A stretch of 63,350 nucleotides of DNA, filler included, from Reclinomonas americana ATCC 50394 (GCA_048213135.1; 5 parts of 4 records of this genome joined end to end with filler, not necessarily neighbours in it), one strand, 5' to 3'; positions 34,101 through 48,435 are shown, counted from the whole stretch's first letter. The notes: a model not told the origin generated them from the letters alone. Numbers and translations are program-made.

Positions 34101-37100
34101 GCGAGTGGGGCGGCGCTCGCGCAGGAGAATGCTGAGCGGAAGCGCGCGCAGCTGGTGGATGAACTCGACAAGGTACGAGGAGGTGGTGCTTTCTTCACCG
34201 ACAGCGGTGGTGGTGGTCGCTCTTTGTACAAATGAACGAGCGAGTTGCCGCGGAACACGATAGTGGGGATCAGAGGGGGAGTGGGGCGCTGGGAGGGTGG
34301 TTGAGATGATGATGGTCGGCTCATGGTGTGTGTTGTTTTGTTGTTGTTTTCTCCCTTGTGGCGCATGTTGCACGTGCAGATGAGGAAGAACATGGAAGTC
34401 CAGGCAGCTGCACTTGTCGAGCTGGAGAGAGCACGTGATGAACTCAGCCAAGCACGCGAGCTTCTCGAGAGGACGGTCGGTGCGCAGCGGATCGAGCTGG
34501 CCTTGGTACGCGACGAGAACGAGAAACACAAGGGCGAAATCGAAAATCAAAAGGTTTGTCGATCATCGTATGCATGCCAGCCACGCAGAGACGCAACGTC
34601 GCTGACAGACAGTGGTTGATGTGACACGCAGGTGCTGCTGGCCGAGAGCCTCCGTGAACAGTACGATCTGCAGTTGCAGTTGGATCGGTTGCAAGCTTCG
34701 CTGGAGCAGCAGACACAGGCGTGCCGGCGAGCGCAGACGGACGCCGATGAGCTGCGGATCGCACACCACGAGCTCTGTGTTCTTGAGCAACAGACGGTGG
34801 CACAGCGGGACGAACTTGCACACGAGCGAGATGCACTGCAGCGCACGCGTGCCAATTTGGAGAAGGACCTCGAATCGGCGCACGCTCGCGTGGAGTCACT
34901 GGAGCGTGACAAGGTGCGATTGCCGGTGTTGCAGGAAAAATCCAGTTTTCTTTGCTGGCACTCACTACGCGCACAGAACACATGGATGCAGCAAGCCGAC
35001 GAAGTGGCTCGTGAACGGGACACTGCCATCAAGGAGAAGGGCGCACTGGCACGCGAGCGACAAACCCTCGCACAGCAGTGTGAGATGCTGGAGGTTGAGC
35101 GTGACAATGTGCTGGCCCAGAGGAACAAGCTGGAGACGCAGCTGAATGCTGTGTCTGGCTCCGAGCAGGAGGTGCGGCAGCGAGCGACTGCCACGGTGGA
35201 GGAACTCGACACTCTGAAGCAACAGCACAGCGCCCTCGCCAAGCGTCTGGAGTTGTCGGAGGCGGCGGAGCACGAGGCACGCTCACTGATTGAGGTGCTG
35301 CGACAGGACGCGGCGCAGCTGCGTGCCGACCTCAAAGTTGGTGTCGAGGAGCGCGAGCGTCTGTCACTCGATGCCACGCGATGGAGGTCGCAATCTGAGG
35401 AGTCGGCGCGTGTTGGCGAGGTGAGCGCGAGGTTATTTTCCTCTTCCACTCCCTGCTTTTGTCACTCAATTATTGCAACGTTTGTGCGCAGGATCTCCGC
35501 ACGCAACTCGACGCAGCTGGCAAGGAGCGCGACGGCCTGTCGGCCAAGCTGGCACAATTGGAGGCGTCCCTGCATGGCGTCAAGGAGGAACGCGATCAGC
35601 TCGATCAGCAGCTTGCCGCCGCGAACGAGGAGCGCCGCCGGCTGCGCAGCGATCTCGATGCCACCAGCCGCGCACGCGATGAGCTGGCGCAACAGCTGGC
35701 CGACGCTGCGGCAGCGCACAAGGACGCATTCGCCGCTGCGGCGGTGGAGCGAGATGGCCTGCAGCAGCAACTGCAGGCATTGGGTGACGAGTGCGCGCAG
35801 GTGCGCCAGTCGCTGCGGGAGGCGTGTGATGAGCGCGACGCCGTTGCGGAGCAAATGGCAGCCAACGTGGCGGAGCATGAGCAGGAGGTGGACGGATGGC
35901 GCGCACAACACCAGGCGATGCAGGAGGAGTTGGAGCGCATGCAGCACGGCGTGCAGACGAACAGCGCTGAGATGCAGAAGCAGGTGGTGCAACTCGACAG
36001 CGAGCGCACTCGCTTGCAGTCTGAGCTCGCCAAACAAACACAGGTGACGGTTGATGCTCAGGCTCACGCCAGCACGCTCCAGCAGCGTGTCGATTCGCTG
36101 ACCGAGAACATGGCGGCAAGCGAGGATTCTGTGCGTCGTCTGACGGAGGAGCTCACATCCTCCACGTCGGCGTGCGCCGATTTGCGACAAGCGATTGCCG
36201 ACGTGGAACGTGAACGTGACGACCTGCAGTCGCATGTGAACGAACTGCAGCGGGCGCGTGATTCCCTGCAAGCAGAGGCGGCTGGAGTCACTCGGGAACG
36301 TGACGCACTGCAGCAGCGCCTGGAGCAGAGCACTGCCGATGCACACGCCGAGTCGGTGCGTCTGACGGAGCAGTTGAGCGCGTGTCACGCACAGCTGGCC
36401 GCGGCCGAGGCCGAGGTGGAGATGTTGCGGGAGGTCAAGGTGCATTTGGAGCAGCGAGTGGAGGCGGCCGCCGACGAGATCGCCTTGTCGGTGGTGGAGG
36501 TGGCGCGAACGAGTGGCGAACGCGACGCTGCCGCTGCTGATCGAGACCGCCTCAGTGCGCTCTGCGCGCACCTCGACTCCCAACTGGCGGCTGTGGATGC
36601 CGACAAGAGCACGCTAGCCGCGTCGCTGTCGCGCTTGGCCGACGAAGTACAGCAGCTGTACGAGGAGAAGGCGACCGTGGAGGAGCACTGTGCCGAGTTG
36701 CAGCGCAACTTGACCGCGTCTGTGACCGAGTGCGACCGACTGACGCGCATTGTGACCCGCACGGAGGCGCATGCCGCCACGCTCGAGCAGCGCCTGGTGG
36801 AGGAGGAGAAGAGCGTGCGTGACCTGCGAGAGGACAAGGAGGCCATTGGTCGTGAACTGGTGCGAGTCAGCGAGGAGCGCGGTGCTGCCGAGGCGCGGGT
36901 GGAGGATTTGCAGGTGCGACTCGACGGCAGCGAACAGCAGGGCGCTGTACTGCAGGTGCGTTTGGACGAGGCGCTGCAGTCGGCCGACGAGTTGCGACGT
37001 TTGGTGGAGACTCTGCGCGGCAGCAAGGAGTCGGTGGCCGACTCATTGGCCTCACTTGACCGAGAGCACAAGCGCTGTGTCGACGAGCTGGCATCGGCGC

Positions 37101-40100
37101 TCCGTCGCGTCGATGAACTTGAACGTGATCTGGGCGACACGCAAGCCACGTTGCGTGATGCGCAGGCCAACGGTGCGGCACTGGAGCAGCAGCTGATCGA
37201 CGACAGGGAGGCACGCCGCAAGAGTGATGCACAGTGGGCGCAGCGGTCCGAGGCCGACAAGGCGTTGCATGTGGCGACGGTGACGCAGCTGCAGCGTGAT
37301 TTGGAGTCGCGGGTGCACGAAGTGGAGACGCTGGCGACGCGCTTGCAGAAGAGCGCGGAAGAGTTGTCTGCCGCGCAGCTGGTGCTGGAGGAGAAGCGGC
37401 ACGAGCTGGCGCAGGTACTGGCCGACTTGAAGCAGAAGACGAACGAGCTGCAGCGACTGGACGCCGACTACAGCAGTGCCGTGGACCAGATGCAGCAGAC
37501 CGACGCAGAGTGTGAACGGCTGGCGGCTGAGCTGGATGAGTGTCAGCGGCGCATGCGACTGGCTGCGGAGCAGGCGGCTCACGCACACGACGCCCGGGAG
37601 CGCGAGGTGCAGGCTCTCAACGATGAGATCGCCGTCCTCCGCGACGAGATCGACCGCTTGCTGACGGTGACGGCGCAAGAGCGCATGCAGCATGCGGCCG
37701 GCGCCGACGCCTTGCGCAACGAGGTGGAGCGCACAGTGGCGCAACTCGGCGAGGTCAGCCTGATGGAGCAGCGACTGCAAGCGGAGCTGCGAGTGGCCAC
37801 CGGGCAGCTGGCATCAGCGCAGTCATTCCGACATCGCCAAGCGCAGCAGCATGAGGCTGCGGCGGCCGAGGCTGACGAGTTGCGGGTGCGCTACGAGGAC
37901 GCAGTGCGTGTGCTGCGCGAGCAGGAGGCCGCGAGCAGTGAGACGAACGCCCAGCTGGACATGTCGCTGGAGCAGTCCGAACGACTGGAGCACGAAAAGA
38001 GGCAACTGAGGAGCCGTCTGGAGGCCACCATGTTGGAGCGTGACGCCGAGTCGTTGGCGCATGGCGAGACACGAGGCGCGTTGCAACACCTGCGTCAGCG
38101 CATGCAAGATGTGGAGGCTGAGCGAGCGGATCTGCATGCCCGAGTTCTCTCACTGCAACAACAGCTGGCATCCTCGGAGGCCGCCTGTCGCGTGGCGGAG
38201 CAGCTGACCGAGAGCACACGCAAGCAGTTGGCCGACGCGGAGGCTCGTCACGCACACGAACTGGAGCGGACACGTGCGGCGCACGAGAGCAGCCTCTCTG
38301 CCGAACGCGCTGCCCGGGAGCACACCGAGCAACGGTACAACGAACAGAGTCGGCAGGTCGCCGACCTCGAAGCGGCGCTCCGCAGCAGTCGTGAGGCCGT
38401 CGATGCGTCGCAGCGACAACTCGGCGAGCAGCTGGACAAGACGAGACAGGTGGAAGCCAGTCTGGCGGCGAGTACGCAGCGGTGTCGCACCTTGGAGGGG
38501 GAGGTCGACGAGGTGCGAGAGGAGGCGGATCGACTGCGCGTGCGGCTGAGTGCGGAGGCGCAGAATGCCGAGGTGCAAGCGCAGGAGGTGCGCGACTTGC
38601 ACATCACTGTGCAGACGCTACGCAGGCAGTTGGAGCAGGAAACAGTGCGGCGCGCATCATTGGCTGCCGCCGCGGTCTCTCCTGGAAAGCTGGCCATGGC
38701 GAACGCCGAGCGTGACCAAGTGACCGAACGGTGCCGCGATCTGGAGGAGGCACTCACGGAGGCGGCCGCCGATCGCGGCACGCTGCAGGCAGACCTGACG
38801 GCCACGCAGGCCGACTTGGCGGACGTGCGTCAGCGCCTGGTGGACACGACCGTGGAGCGCGACACGTATCGCCGTCGCGCCGACGCGGCAGAACGCGAGC
38901 TGCTGGAGACGACGCAGAATGTTGATGCACTGGAGCGCGAGCGCACGTCGGCGGTGGAGCGTGAGCGGTCGGTGTTGCGGCAGCGCGATGCGCTGCAGAG
39001 TCAGGTGCTGGAGCTGGAGCGCTCGCTGAGCGATTCCCTGGAAAAGTTGAGTGTGCTGCGCGACGACAATCGCCGTCTGCAGGCGCAAGTGGATTCGGCA
39101 GTGGATGAGCGCGACTACGCCGTGGCCTCCAGCACGCGTCTCTCCGATCTGTATGCCCTGGAGACATCGCAAGTCGAGGAACAGTTGCGGTCTCTGCGCG
39201 AGCGTCTGGATCGAACCGAGGCGGAACTGGCTGCGGAGAGTCGGCGAGCGCACGAAGCGGAGAGGCAAGTGCGCGAGTCGGACGAGGCAACGCGCGAGGC
39301 GCAGCGTCAGCACCGTCACACGCAGACGGAGCGTGAGCGGCTTGAATCCGAGTGTGCGACTTTGCGAGCGGAGCTGGCCGCGCATGCCGCCCGCTGGGAC
39401 CACACCAAAGTGCAGTTCGAGGCTCTCTCGAGCAAGCATTCGTCGGCGGTGGAGCGCTACGAGGTGTTGGTGCGGGAGAACGAGCAGCTGACGCGCGACC
39501 ATCGAGTGCTGGTGCAGGCGCAGGAGACGGCGGTGGCCGAACTGGCCGCGGCGTTTGTGGCTCGTGACACGGCATTGGCGCAGGCTGACCGACTGCAATC
39601 GCAGCTGACCAGCAAGGAATCGGAGTTTAACGAGCTGCAGCGCACGGTGCAGGAGGTGACGGCAGAGTGTGCTGCCATGCAGACCGACTTTGTGCAGTTG
39701 CAGGTGAGAGCAAGTCGTCGTGAAATGTGTTGTTGTTGTGTTGTTGTTGTTGTCTTCCTCACTCACTCACCGTGTATATGTGGCGTGCACGCAACAGCGG
39801 GAACTGAGCGAGTTGCGCGAGCAGCGCGAGCGCGTGGCACACGAGCAGCGGCAGCTGTCGCACGCACGCGACGATTTGGAGACGCAGCTGCAGCGAAGCA
39901 AGGCAGACATGGAGCGGCGGGATGCAGCGTGGCGAGAGCAAGTGGCCGACCTGCAGAGCCGACTGGAATCGACGGTGGTGCGCTTCCAGAGCGAGAAGCG
40001 CGAGTGGTCCACCGAGCGCACCACGATGGAGGTGCGCCTGGCCTCGTTGGAGGTCGCAGCGCAGGACAAGGGTGTTGCGCAGGATGAGATCGACCGGCTG

Positions 40101-42554
40101 CAACAAAAGCTGGAGGCGCACAAGAGCAAGCACGACGAGCTGCGTGCGGAGATCTTGCGGCTCACCACCGAGAATGCCAGTTTGTCGACCGAGCGTGGCC
40201 GTCTGCAGGCGGAGCGTGCAACTTTGAAGGATGAGCGTGAGGTGCTTACAGCCATCACCTTGACGAATGCCGCTTTGTGGTTGCTCACATTGCATCGCTT
40301 GCACAGCGACTGGAGGTGGCCCGTCGTGAGGCGGTGGAAGACGGCGATCGGCGCCTGAATGAATTGGCGCAGGAGTGTTCGCGACTGCGAGCGCAGTTGC
40401 GGTCACTGGCCACCGACCGCGACGCCCTGGCACGTAGCTTCACCACGTGTACGGATGAGATGCAGCACTCGCTGGAAGAGTACACAACCATGGTGTCGCA
40501 GGTTCCTATGACACTTTGTGTGTGCGACTGTGGAGGCTGGAATGTGCTTCTCATATCTTCTTGCGATGCGCAGAAGGATCGCCTATCCGCGGCCCTGGAG
40601 GTGTCGGAGAGTGCGCGGAATCGACTGTCGGAGGAGTTGGAGCGGGTGCGGGTGGAGCGTGATCGTTTGCGTGGTGACCTGGAGGCTTCGGTGGCCACAC
40701 TCGAGAAGTTGGTCGACGCCGATGTGTCGCTGGAGGGCACTCCACTGGCCACTCGCGTGCGCAGCCGTGAGCAGTCGGATCTGCTGGGCCGCGGCACCAT
40801 TCTCTTCCACCACCTGCGTCGCACGAGCACTGCAACAACAACAACCACAACAGCAGTAGCATCATCGTCGACGACGACGACGACGGCGGCCGAGAAGCGC
40901 TACATTAGCCCGATTCGTAGCAGTGGCAGCGTAACGTCGGCCCGATCGCCGTCGCCGAGTCTGTCACCTCACTCGGTGGACTTTTCTCGGTTGCCCGAAC
41001 TGCGACGCAATGTGTCGCCACTGCCGGCGCGTTCCAAATCGCCGAGCAGCGTTGATCGTGCCTCGGTGCGACCACTCAGCGACTTGGTGCGCATGCGCGA
41101 GCTTATCGACCAGCAACAAGCGCGATTGGACGACCGGCAGCGTGAGCACAATCGCAAGTACAATCAACTGTCCACCGTGCAGGACCCCGACGAGCGCCGC
41201 CATTTGCGGCGCGAGTACGATCAGCACCAGCGCGAATTGCAGTTGGTACAAGAGGTAATTGCGGAGCAACGTGCGTCACTCGAGCGGCACTCCCACGGCA
41301 CGCCGGTGGTGGATCCGTCGCCGATTTCACGCACCAGCATTAGCGCCTTTAGTGTCGGTGTGGAGGACGAATTGGCTCTCGGACTGCGTGGGGTGCGCTC
41401 AAGCGAGCGCAGTACCTCCGAGTTCCGTCGGCGTCCGAGCTTCCACGCAGAGGCCGGCGCTGCTGCAGGTGGTGGTGGTGGTGGTGGTGGCGGCGGCCTT
41501 GGTCTGCGCTCTGCCTCGCCTCCGCCCAGCGTGCTGTCGAATCGCTCCGAATCTTCCAGTCGCCGTCGCCGCGAATCCTCGCAATCGCCGCTGCACAGAC
41601 CGCGAGCCCGCGAGGCACCGGTGCCCGCTGCCTTTGCGCCGTTGCGTGCTTTGTCGATGATTTGTTTTTTACTGTGTGTGCGTTCGCTGACTTGCCGGTG
41701 GTGGTGTTGCAGGCCGCGGGGCGGTGCGACTGCAGCCGAGACGCCGTTGTCTTCTGGGCCTCCTCGTCGACTGCACGACGATCTGTCGTCATCAATGGAC
41801 ACACTGGAGATGCTGCCGTCACGTGACGTGTCGACCGGCAATGGAAGTGCGCGCCGCACCACGGTGACCAAGGTGGTGACGGATCCGGCCAGCAGCAGCA
41901 CCGGCACCGGCACCACGACGACCACCACGACCACCACGGTGACGACGGAAACCGAGTTGCCGCCCGACATGCGTGCCGACAGCATCCATGTCGCGGCGCC
42001 GCAGGTGCACTTGGCCGGCGCCGGTGGAGCCGACGAGCGGTCGGTGATGTCTGTCAGCAGTGGCGGTGCCGGTGACATGAGTGAGATGAGCGGCCGACGC
42101 GCGCCCTCACCCGTGTCTAGCGTGGAAGGAGGCAGCGTGCAGATCGCCCGACCGGTATTCAGCGGCACCGGCACCACCATTCGCTCGCAGAACGTCACCA
42201 GCAGTAGTAGCAGCAGCAGCAGCAACACGATCCGACAAGTGGTGCGTGTCGAGACTGTGGAGACCTCTAGCGACGCCGTTGTTCGAGGTGAGAGAGTCTC
42301 TCAGTCTCCGTTGCCTTTGCTGGCCTCTAAAAAAAATGGTGTTGTTGTGAATTCACAGGGAGCCACGAGGCGCCTCCGCCACCATCGCCACTGTTCTCGG
42401 CGCTCAGCGAGCTGCGTGAATCGCGGCGCACAATCGCCAACATGCGCAGCGAAATCAGTCGTCTACAAGACGATTCAACAAGAGGGGGTNNNNNNNNNNN
42501 NNNNNNNNNCGGGGTCGCACGTCTCCCGCCGAGAGGTTACGCGACCAGCACTGA
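28156..42554 (+). CDS. Giant protein (roughly 4000 aa): three WD40-like propeller modules, a very long coiled coil and a Ser/Thr-rich tail
   Basis: Starts MELDKLE(G)| and has more than 25 GT-AG introns. Repeated VFSGSAD, LEGH..V.AL and S.S.DG.L..W motifs lie in 28300-32890, heptad-rich E/Q/R/L/A sequence in 33720-40720. The stop position was inferred across a short N gap. Confidence 0.82.
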
Positions 42555-42616
42555 TCCTCGCCAGCAAATTATTCTTTTTTTAGTGCGTAATGTAGGAGTG
42601 TGGAATAATGGTTACA

Positions 42617-43163
42617 CTAGAGGAACTCTACGTAGGTCGGTGGCACGAAACCTAGCCGACCCGACGCACTGTACGCAATGAGCCATCCGTCTTCCTCCGC
42701 CAGCACATTGATTGATTCGCCGGCCGACACTGGCAAAATCCGCTCGTCGTCCTTGTCCGAGTAGTCGTGCACCACCTGCTCGACACCACACCCATCAGTT
42801 CACGTACGCGCACACATAACGTGCAGCAACAACAAATCTCTCTCCAGTCACGCACCCGTGCCGGATAGACCACCGGCGAGGAGGATTCGGCGGTGCTCGG
42901 ATCTTGTGCGCCATTGGGAGCTGCAGTCATAGCATGGGTGAGCAACAAGGGCGAGTGGAAGTGAGCGGTGGTGTTGGTACGAAACATTGCGCTGATGCTC
43001 CTTGCGCGGCGCCGCGACGAGGTGTGAGCTCGTCGTCATGTGTCGACAGCTGTCGATCGCTCAGTGTCTCGTTTCGCGACTCAATGTCGAGATCCGTGGC
43101 CGCATCGTGATCCTCCACAATCTGCATGCAGCGTGTGAGATGAGGATTACACAGGAGGAAAAT

Positions 43164-43198
<35 letters not shown>

Positions 43199-44004
43199 AA
43201 GAAAGAAAGAGAAAGAGAGAGAGAGAGAGAGCACAAAGAGCGAAAGACACAAAAAATCACCTTGATCTTTCGCTTTGGTCGCTGGTCAGCGTCAGGTTCT
43301 TGCTGCTGATGCTGCTGCGGTTGTCGATTACCATCCGGAGCACTGCAGAAAACGCACACACGGGTCAGATGGCATCCAGCAGAAAGGCTTGAATAAACAC
43401 AANNNNNNNNNNNNNNNNNNNNNNNNNNNNNNNNNNNNNNNNNNNNNNNNNNNNCAGACCTGGCGGCCACTGGCGGCTCGGTGCGTCGCTGTTCGCGAAC
43501 CTCGGCTGCCGCCTGTGCAATCTGCGATGCGCGACGTATTCTGTTCTCCTCGACTTGGCGATCCGCTGCGTGCGACGACGATCCGACAACCGTGGTCACC
43601 ACAACAGGCGCCGCTGGTGCAGGCTGTTTCGGCACACACGATGAGCGACACAACACACCACACAAGGCAAAACTCATCAATTCCTCACCGCCGACGGCGC
43701 TACCTCCACAGGCGCAGGTGCTGGTGTTGGTGCTGCAGCCATAGTCACCGGCGCCGATGTTGGCGCATGAACAGGAGGTGCACTGAGACCGCTGCTGCCG
43801 CGTGTGGGCGACACAGCAAAGCTGGCCGGCACGCGACGATCGCGACTGAAGCGCACGGAGCTGGGTCTTCTCTTGCCCGGCAGCCGAATTCGCATCGGCG
43901 TAGTCAACGCACGCAAACTGCGACACAACGCTGAGTGGAAGCGAGACGGGGGCGCCACAACGACGAAACAACAAAACTAACAACACCCACCTGGCCTGCG
44001 TGAC
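42617..44004 (-). CDS. C-terminal part of an SH3-domain protein
   Basis: The last exons read YPAR|VVHDYSDKDDERILPVSAGESINVLAEEDGWLIAYSASGRLGFVPPTYVEFL* (SH3 motifs DY, GW, G.VP..YV). The upstream exons are low-complexity. Confidence 0.85.
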
Positions 44005-44104
44005 NNNNNNNNNNNNNNNNNNNNNNNNNNNNNNNNNNNNNNNNNNNNTTAATTAATTAANNNNNNNNNNNNNNNNNNNNNNNNNNNNNNNNNNNNNNNN
44101 NNNN
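44005..44104. other. Artificial contig spacer
   Basis: 44 N + TTAATTAATTAA + 44 N. Confidence 0.97.
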
Positions 44105-47100
44105 TCGCAACACAGTCGCGCGGTGCTTCATGGTCTCCTTGGACGAGGAGCTGAGGATCTCGCCGCTAAAGGCGTCATCGGCGGTCGCCGAAGTGTACAC
44201 GTGGCGCACACCGTGCACAATGTCGGGCACAATGGGGTTGCGACCGACCGACGTGCTCGTGTCGAGCGTGCGGCGGCTCGGCACAGCCGCCGGCAGTGAC
44301 CACCAGTCCTTGCGGCTCTGCGACGAGTAGTTGAGGGTGCCGCTCTCCGTGAGCGAGTAGTCGCGCGGGATGTTGTGGGCCAGCACGGCAAGACGGAAGT
44401 CCTCAATCTTGACGAGCTCGTACGTCAGGCAGCGCAGGGAGATGCTGGAGACGTCGTACGAGAGGGCGCTGCAGTAGATGCGGCTGTCCGAGTTGGCCGA
44501 CACGGTGAGACCCGTGAGCGCGACCATCACCTTGGGCTTCGAGGCTGCAAGGGGAAGACGAGAAAAGCAAAGTGAGTGGGAAGGGAGAACAGAGGAGACA
44601 GAGGGGAATTCATGAAAAAACAACTCACCAAACTGGCTCGCGAACTGGTACGTGTAGTTCCACGTGCGGGTGCCACTGCCCGAGGAGAACTGCGAGTCAG
44701 TCCACGCCGAGCCCGTCGTCGATGCCTGAATGACAGTCATCTCCAAGTCTGGAGAGAAGAAAGGCGCTCGGGTAAGTTACTGCATTTGATTGGAGAGGGA
44801 GGGAACACACAAAGTATCACTCACGATTGCCGACACTGATGGTGCCGCCAGAGCCGTTGTTGTTACCGGACGGCAGCAACTGTGACACCGGGGTCAACAC
44901 AGCATCGTCGTTCTCCTTGAAGCACACTTGCAGAGCGATCGGACGGTCGACAGTCAGCTTGGCGACGTAGCTGTTGCAGTAGGCGTTTGTGAGACCAAGG
45001 TCGTGCGAGAAAAGCGCATCGAAATCAACCAACAGTACCTCGCGTACAAGCCAGTGCGCTCATCGCGGCGCAGGAAACCAGTTGCATCGTCCACGTCCGA
45101 GTCGGCCACAATGCTCACCACCGACGGGTCGTTGGTGCCAGTGCAGCCGTTCGATGACAGCAGCTCGTAGGTGAAGGTGGAGCAGCGAGTGAACGGTCCG
45201 TAGAGCGTGTACGCAGTCTCCACATTGTCGCGCATGACGTTCGGGAACGTCCAGGTCGGCGTCGCCATGAATTGCTCAATGGTGAACTTGCTGACCGGCA
45301 CGTACGACATGCCGTTGGACCAGTGGGCGCAGACAACGTAGGTGCCGGGCGCGGCCAGGGCGGCGCTGGTGCACGCGGCGGTGCGGGTGCTGCCCAGCAG
45401 TGTGATCTTGTTCTGCTGGTAGACTTGCACGCTGAGCGAAGCGTTGCTGATGGCGTTGGGGGCGTTGGGCGACAGAGGATCGGCGAAGCCGTTGCTGATG
45501 CCATCGCTGTTGCACGTCAAATCGTCCGACAGAATGAACACCGGGGCAGACAGGCCGGCCGGATTCGGCAAGCCAGGGTTCACCACCGTAATGGGAGCCG
45601 ACAGCACACCGACAGCCAGCGACATGGGTGTCAGACGCGGATCAACTGCAGACAGGGGAGGGGAGGGGAGAGACAGAGAGTGAATAAAGAGTGAAGGTGT
45701 GTTAAACACATCGTGCTCGTCACTTACCAACATGAATCAAGGCATTGGCGACCAGGAGCGGCGGGGACGAGTTGGCCACGCACAGGTACAAGTTGTTCAT
45801 CGGCGAGGTCTGAAGGTGCGTGTCGAACGCAAAGTTGAGCGTGCCCGCATCGGTAAACGTCGGCACCGACACCGTGACGCTGTTGATCAACGACGAGACG
45901 CCGCAGTCGGGACTCGAGTACAACGACAGCTGGTCGTTGATAGTGAAGCCGGCCGCACCGCTGACGCCGCCCGTCTGGCTGGCGACGTAGATCTGACGCG
46001 GCACCTCGGCAGCCACGTAAATCGGGCTGTTGGAGAAGCACGGGCCGGTGATCTTCAGCGTCAAATTGATGCCGGTGAAGAAGGCGCCGTCGTTGCCGCT
46101 CTCGTGGAAGCACAGCGAGTAGCCGTCGAGCTGGCGCTGCGGGTGCGCGCTCGTGTCAATGGTGAACACAGCAGAGGTGGAGGTGAGGCCCGTCACGGAA
46201 ATCGCCAGGGTGGAAATGGAGCTGGTGCCGACGGCGCCGACACCGGTCGGGCACGATCCGAGCGGGAAGGCACGGTACGACAGCGCCGTGGCGGCGCCCA
46301 CCGTAAAGTTGACTCCGCTCACAGTGACCGTGGAGATGCCGGTGGCACGGCTGCAGAGGCCGGCGGCGACAGTGACCTCGCTCACCGCCGAGCACGGGCG
46401 CGAGATGCTGATCGAGTGGCCAATGTACGAAAAGTTGCTGTCCGACGTCTTCATGCAAATCGTCTGGAACGAGCCGAGTGTGGTGCCAGCGGCGTAGCGG
46501 GTGTCGAAGCCGACCTGCATCGAGAGGCGATCGGCGGCCACCGAGACGACATTGGCGGAGATGCCGGCAAAGGCCGTCGAGCACGTCGTGTCGCTAAAGA
46601 CGCGCAGCTGGAAGCCAGAAGTGGCCGGCAGCGGGAAAGGCGTGTCGGCGCCAGTGGTGATGGTGATCACCTGCGGCTGCGGCACGTTGGCGCAAGAGCC
46701 GGGCGAGAGGGACGACACGTCCGTGTTGGTGACGCAGGGCGAGTCAATGTCGATCTTGGCACCCGTCCAGCCCCACTTATCGGTGGGACTGCCCGACGGA
46801 TCGCCGACAATGGCGCACAGGAACTGGCCGGAAATGGCCGCCGCCAGGCGGTTGATGGTGTACGACAGAGTGCGCGGCGAGAAGGAATCCGAGTAGAGGG
46901 CGGCCGAGTTCGGCAGCAGCGGCTCCGCAGTGAAGTCAATCGTGGGCGTGCCAGTGCACTCCTTGGTGGCGAAGCCCGAAAAGTAGGTGATCGGTCCGCC
47001 ATTCGGGTCAATGTTGAGGTTGGTGCCGGTCAGCGTCACCGTCTGCACCGAATCGACCGGAACCGAGCTGCCGGGGCACGACTTGTGCTCAAACTTGACC

Positions 47101-47509
47101 GTGCGCGGCGTCGAGATGCACGGCGCGTTGAGGCTGAACTTGCCGGGCGGCGACGACTCAACGACGTACGTGGCGCCCGAGTTGGTGGTGGAGCAGAGCG
47201 ACAGGCCAAAGGCGTTGGCCGAGTCCTGCACGTTCGACGTGTCAAACGTGAAGATACCCGTGTTGATAAAGACGCCCGTCGGCTGTCCCATGTTGTCCAG
47301 CTGCTGGACCGAGGAGACGAAGCGGTAGGTGATCGGCACATCGGTGCGGATGACTGTGCAGGCGACACTGCCGACGGCCCAGGCGGCGGTTGGCGACGGG
47401 GTGGCCGTCACGTTGATGCCGTCACCGCTCAGAGTGAGCACCTGTTGCTTGGTGTTGATGCCGGAGCAGGTGCCGCTGACCAGCGCAATCGACGCGTAGT
47501 TGGTGATGA
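44105..47509 (-). CDS. Large extracellular protein: about 7 Cys-containing beta-rich repeats followed by an H-type-lectin-like domain; both ends missing
   Basis: Long exons with strong codon bias. Units end in Y/F-x-L/V-C (YSLCFH, LYLCVA, TYVVCAH). The distal YQFASQF|ASKPKVMVALTGLTVSANSDSRIYCSA...LTYELVKIEDFRLAVLA fits the H-lectin pattern F..F..P.V..AL.G. Confidence 0.75.
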
Positions 47510-47610
47510 CTGTGTGTGTGTGGGGAGAGGGAGAGAGAGGGAAAATGATCAGAGGCAAGAAACCGACAAATTTCTTGAAGGCGCGTGCCGACATGCGTGT
47601 TTGTGACACA

Positions 47611-47641
<31 letters not shown>

Positions 47642-48190
47642 ACAGAGAGAGAGAGAGANNNNNNNNNNNNNNNNNNNNNNNNNNNNNNNNNNNNNNNNNN
47701 NNNNNNNNNNNNNNNNNNNNNNNNNNNNNNNNNNNNNNNNNNNNNNNNNNNNNNNNNNNNNNNNNNNNNNNNNNNNNNNNNNNNNNNNNNNNNNNNNNNN
47801 NNNNNNNNNNNNNNNNNNNNNNNNNNNNNNNNNNNNNNNNNNNNNNNNNNNNNNNNNNNNNNNNNNNNNNNNNNNNNNNNNNNNNNNNNNNNNNNNNNNN
47901 NNNNNNNNNNNNNNNNNNNNNNNNNNNNNNNNNNNNNNNNNNNNNNNNNNNNNNNNNNNNNNNNNNNNNNNNNNNNNNNNNNNNNNNNNNNNNNNNNNNN
48001 NNNNNNNNNNNNNNNNNNNNNNNNNNNNNNNNNNNNNNNNNNNNNNGGGACATTCAGTGGGAGAAGGAGGGGGGGGGGGCTATTTGTGGAGGTGAAGGGA
48101 GAAATATTAGTGAGATATCGAATTTATTGGCAAAGAGGATTGTTGTGTATGGATCAGTGAAGTTTCACGAACTGACTGCAACAACAATTC

Positions 48191-48435
48191 CAACAGATAA
48201 TCAACAGTGATGGCCAAGTCCAACCATGCAAAAACATCAACACATACGCCAGTCTTGAGGCAGTTGTTGGGGAAACGTCTCTGTCCGCGTGCGTTCGGTT
48301 TTCGAACAGATCTAGAGGACTGGCGCCCCCCCATCAACAACAATTCATTCACCAACAAACAAGCAACAGCTATCTTGATGACCAAGCCCAACCATGCAAA
48401 ACATCAACACAAACACGCCAATCTTGAGATAGCTG
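48191..48435. repeat. Imperfect direct repeat of about 65-70 bp (2 copies), intergenic
   Basis: tgatggccaagtccaaccatgcaaaaacatcaacacatacgccagtcttgag near 48208 versus tgatgaccaagcccaaccatgcaaaacatcaacacaaacacgccaatcttgag near 48376. Confidence 0.75.

Noticed and set aside
45699-47606. 635-aa + strand ORF and many similar antisense ORFs over 35-40 kb
   Set aside because: These are shadow ORFs produced by GC-biased codons of the real opposite-strand or other-frame genes, and they show no motifs.
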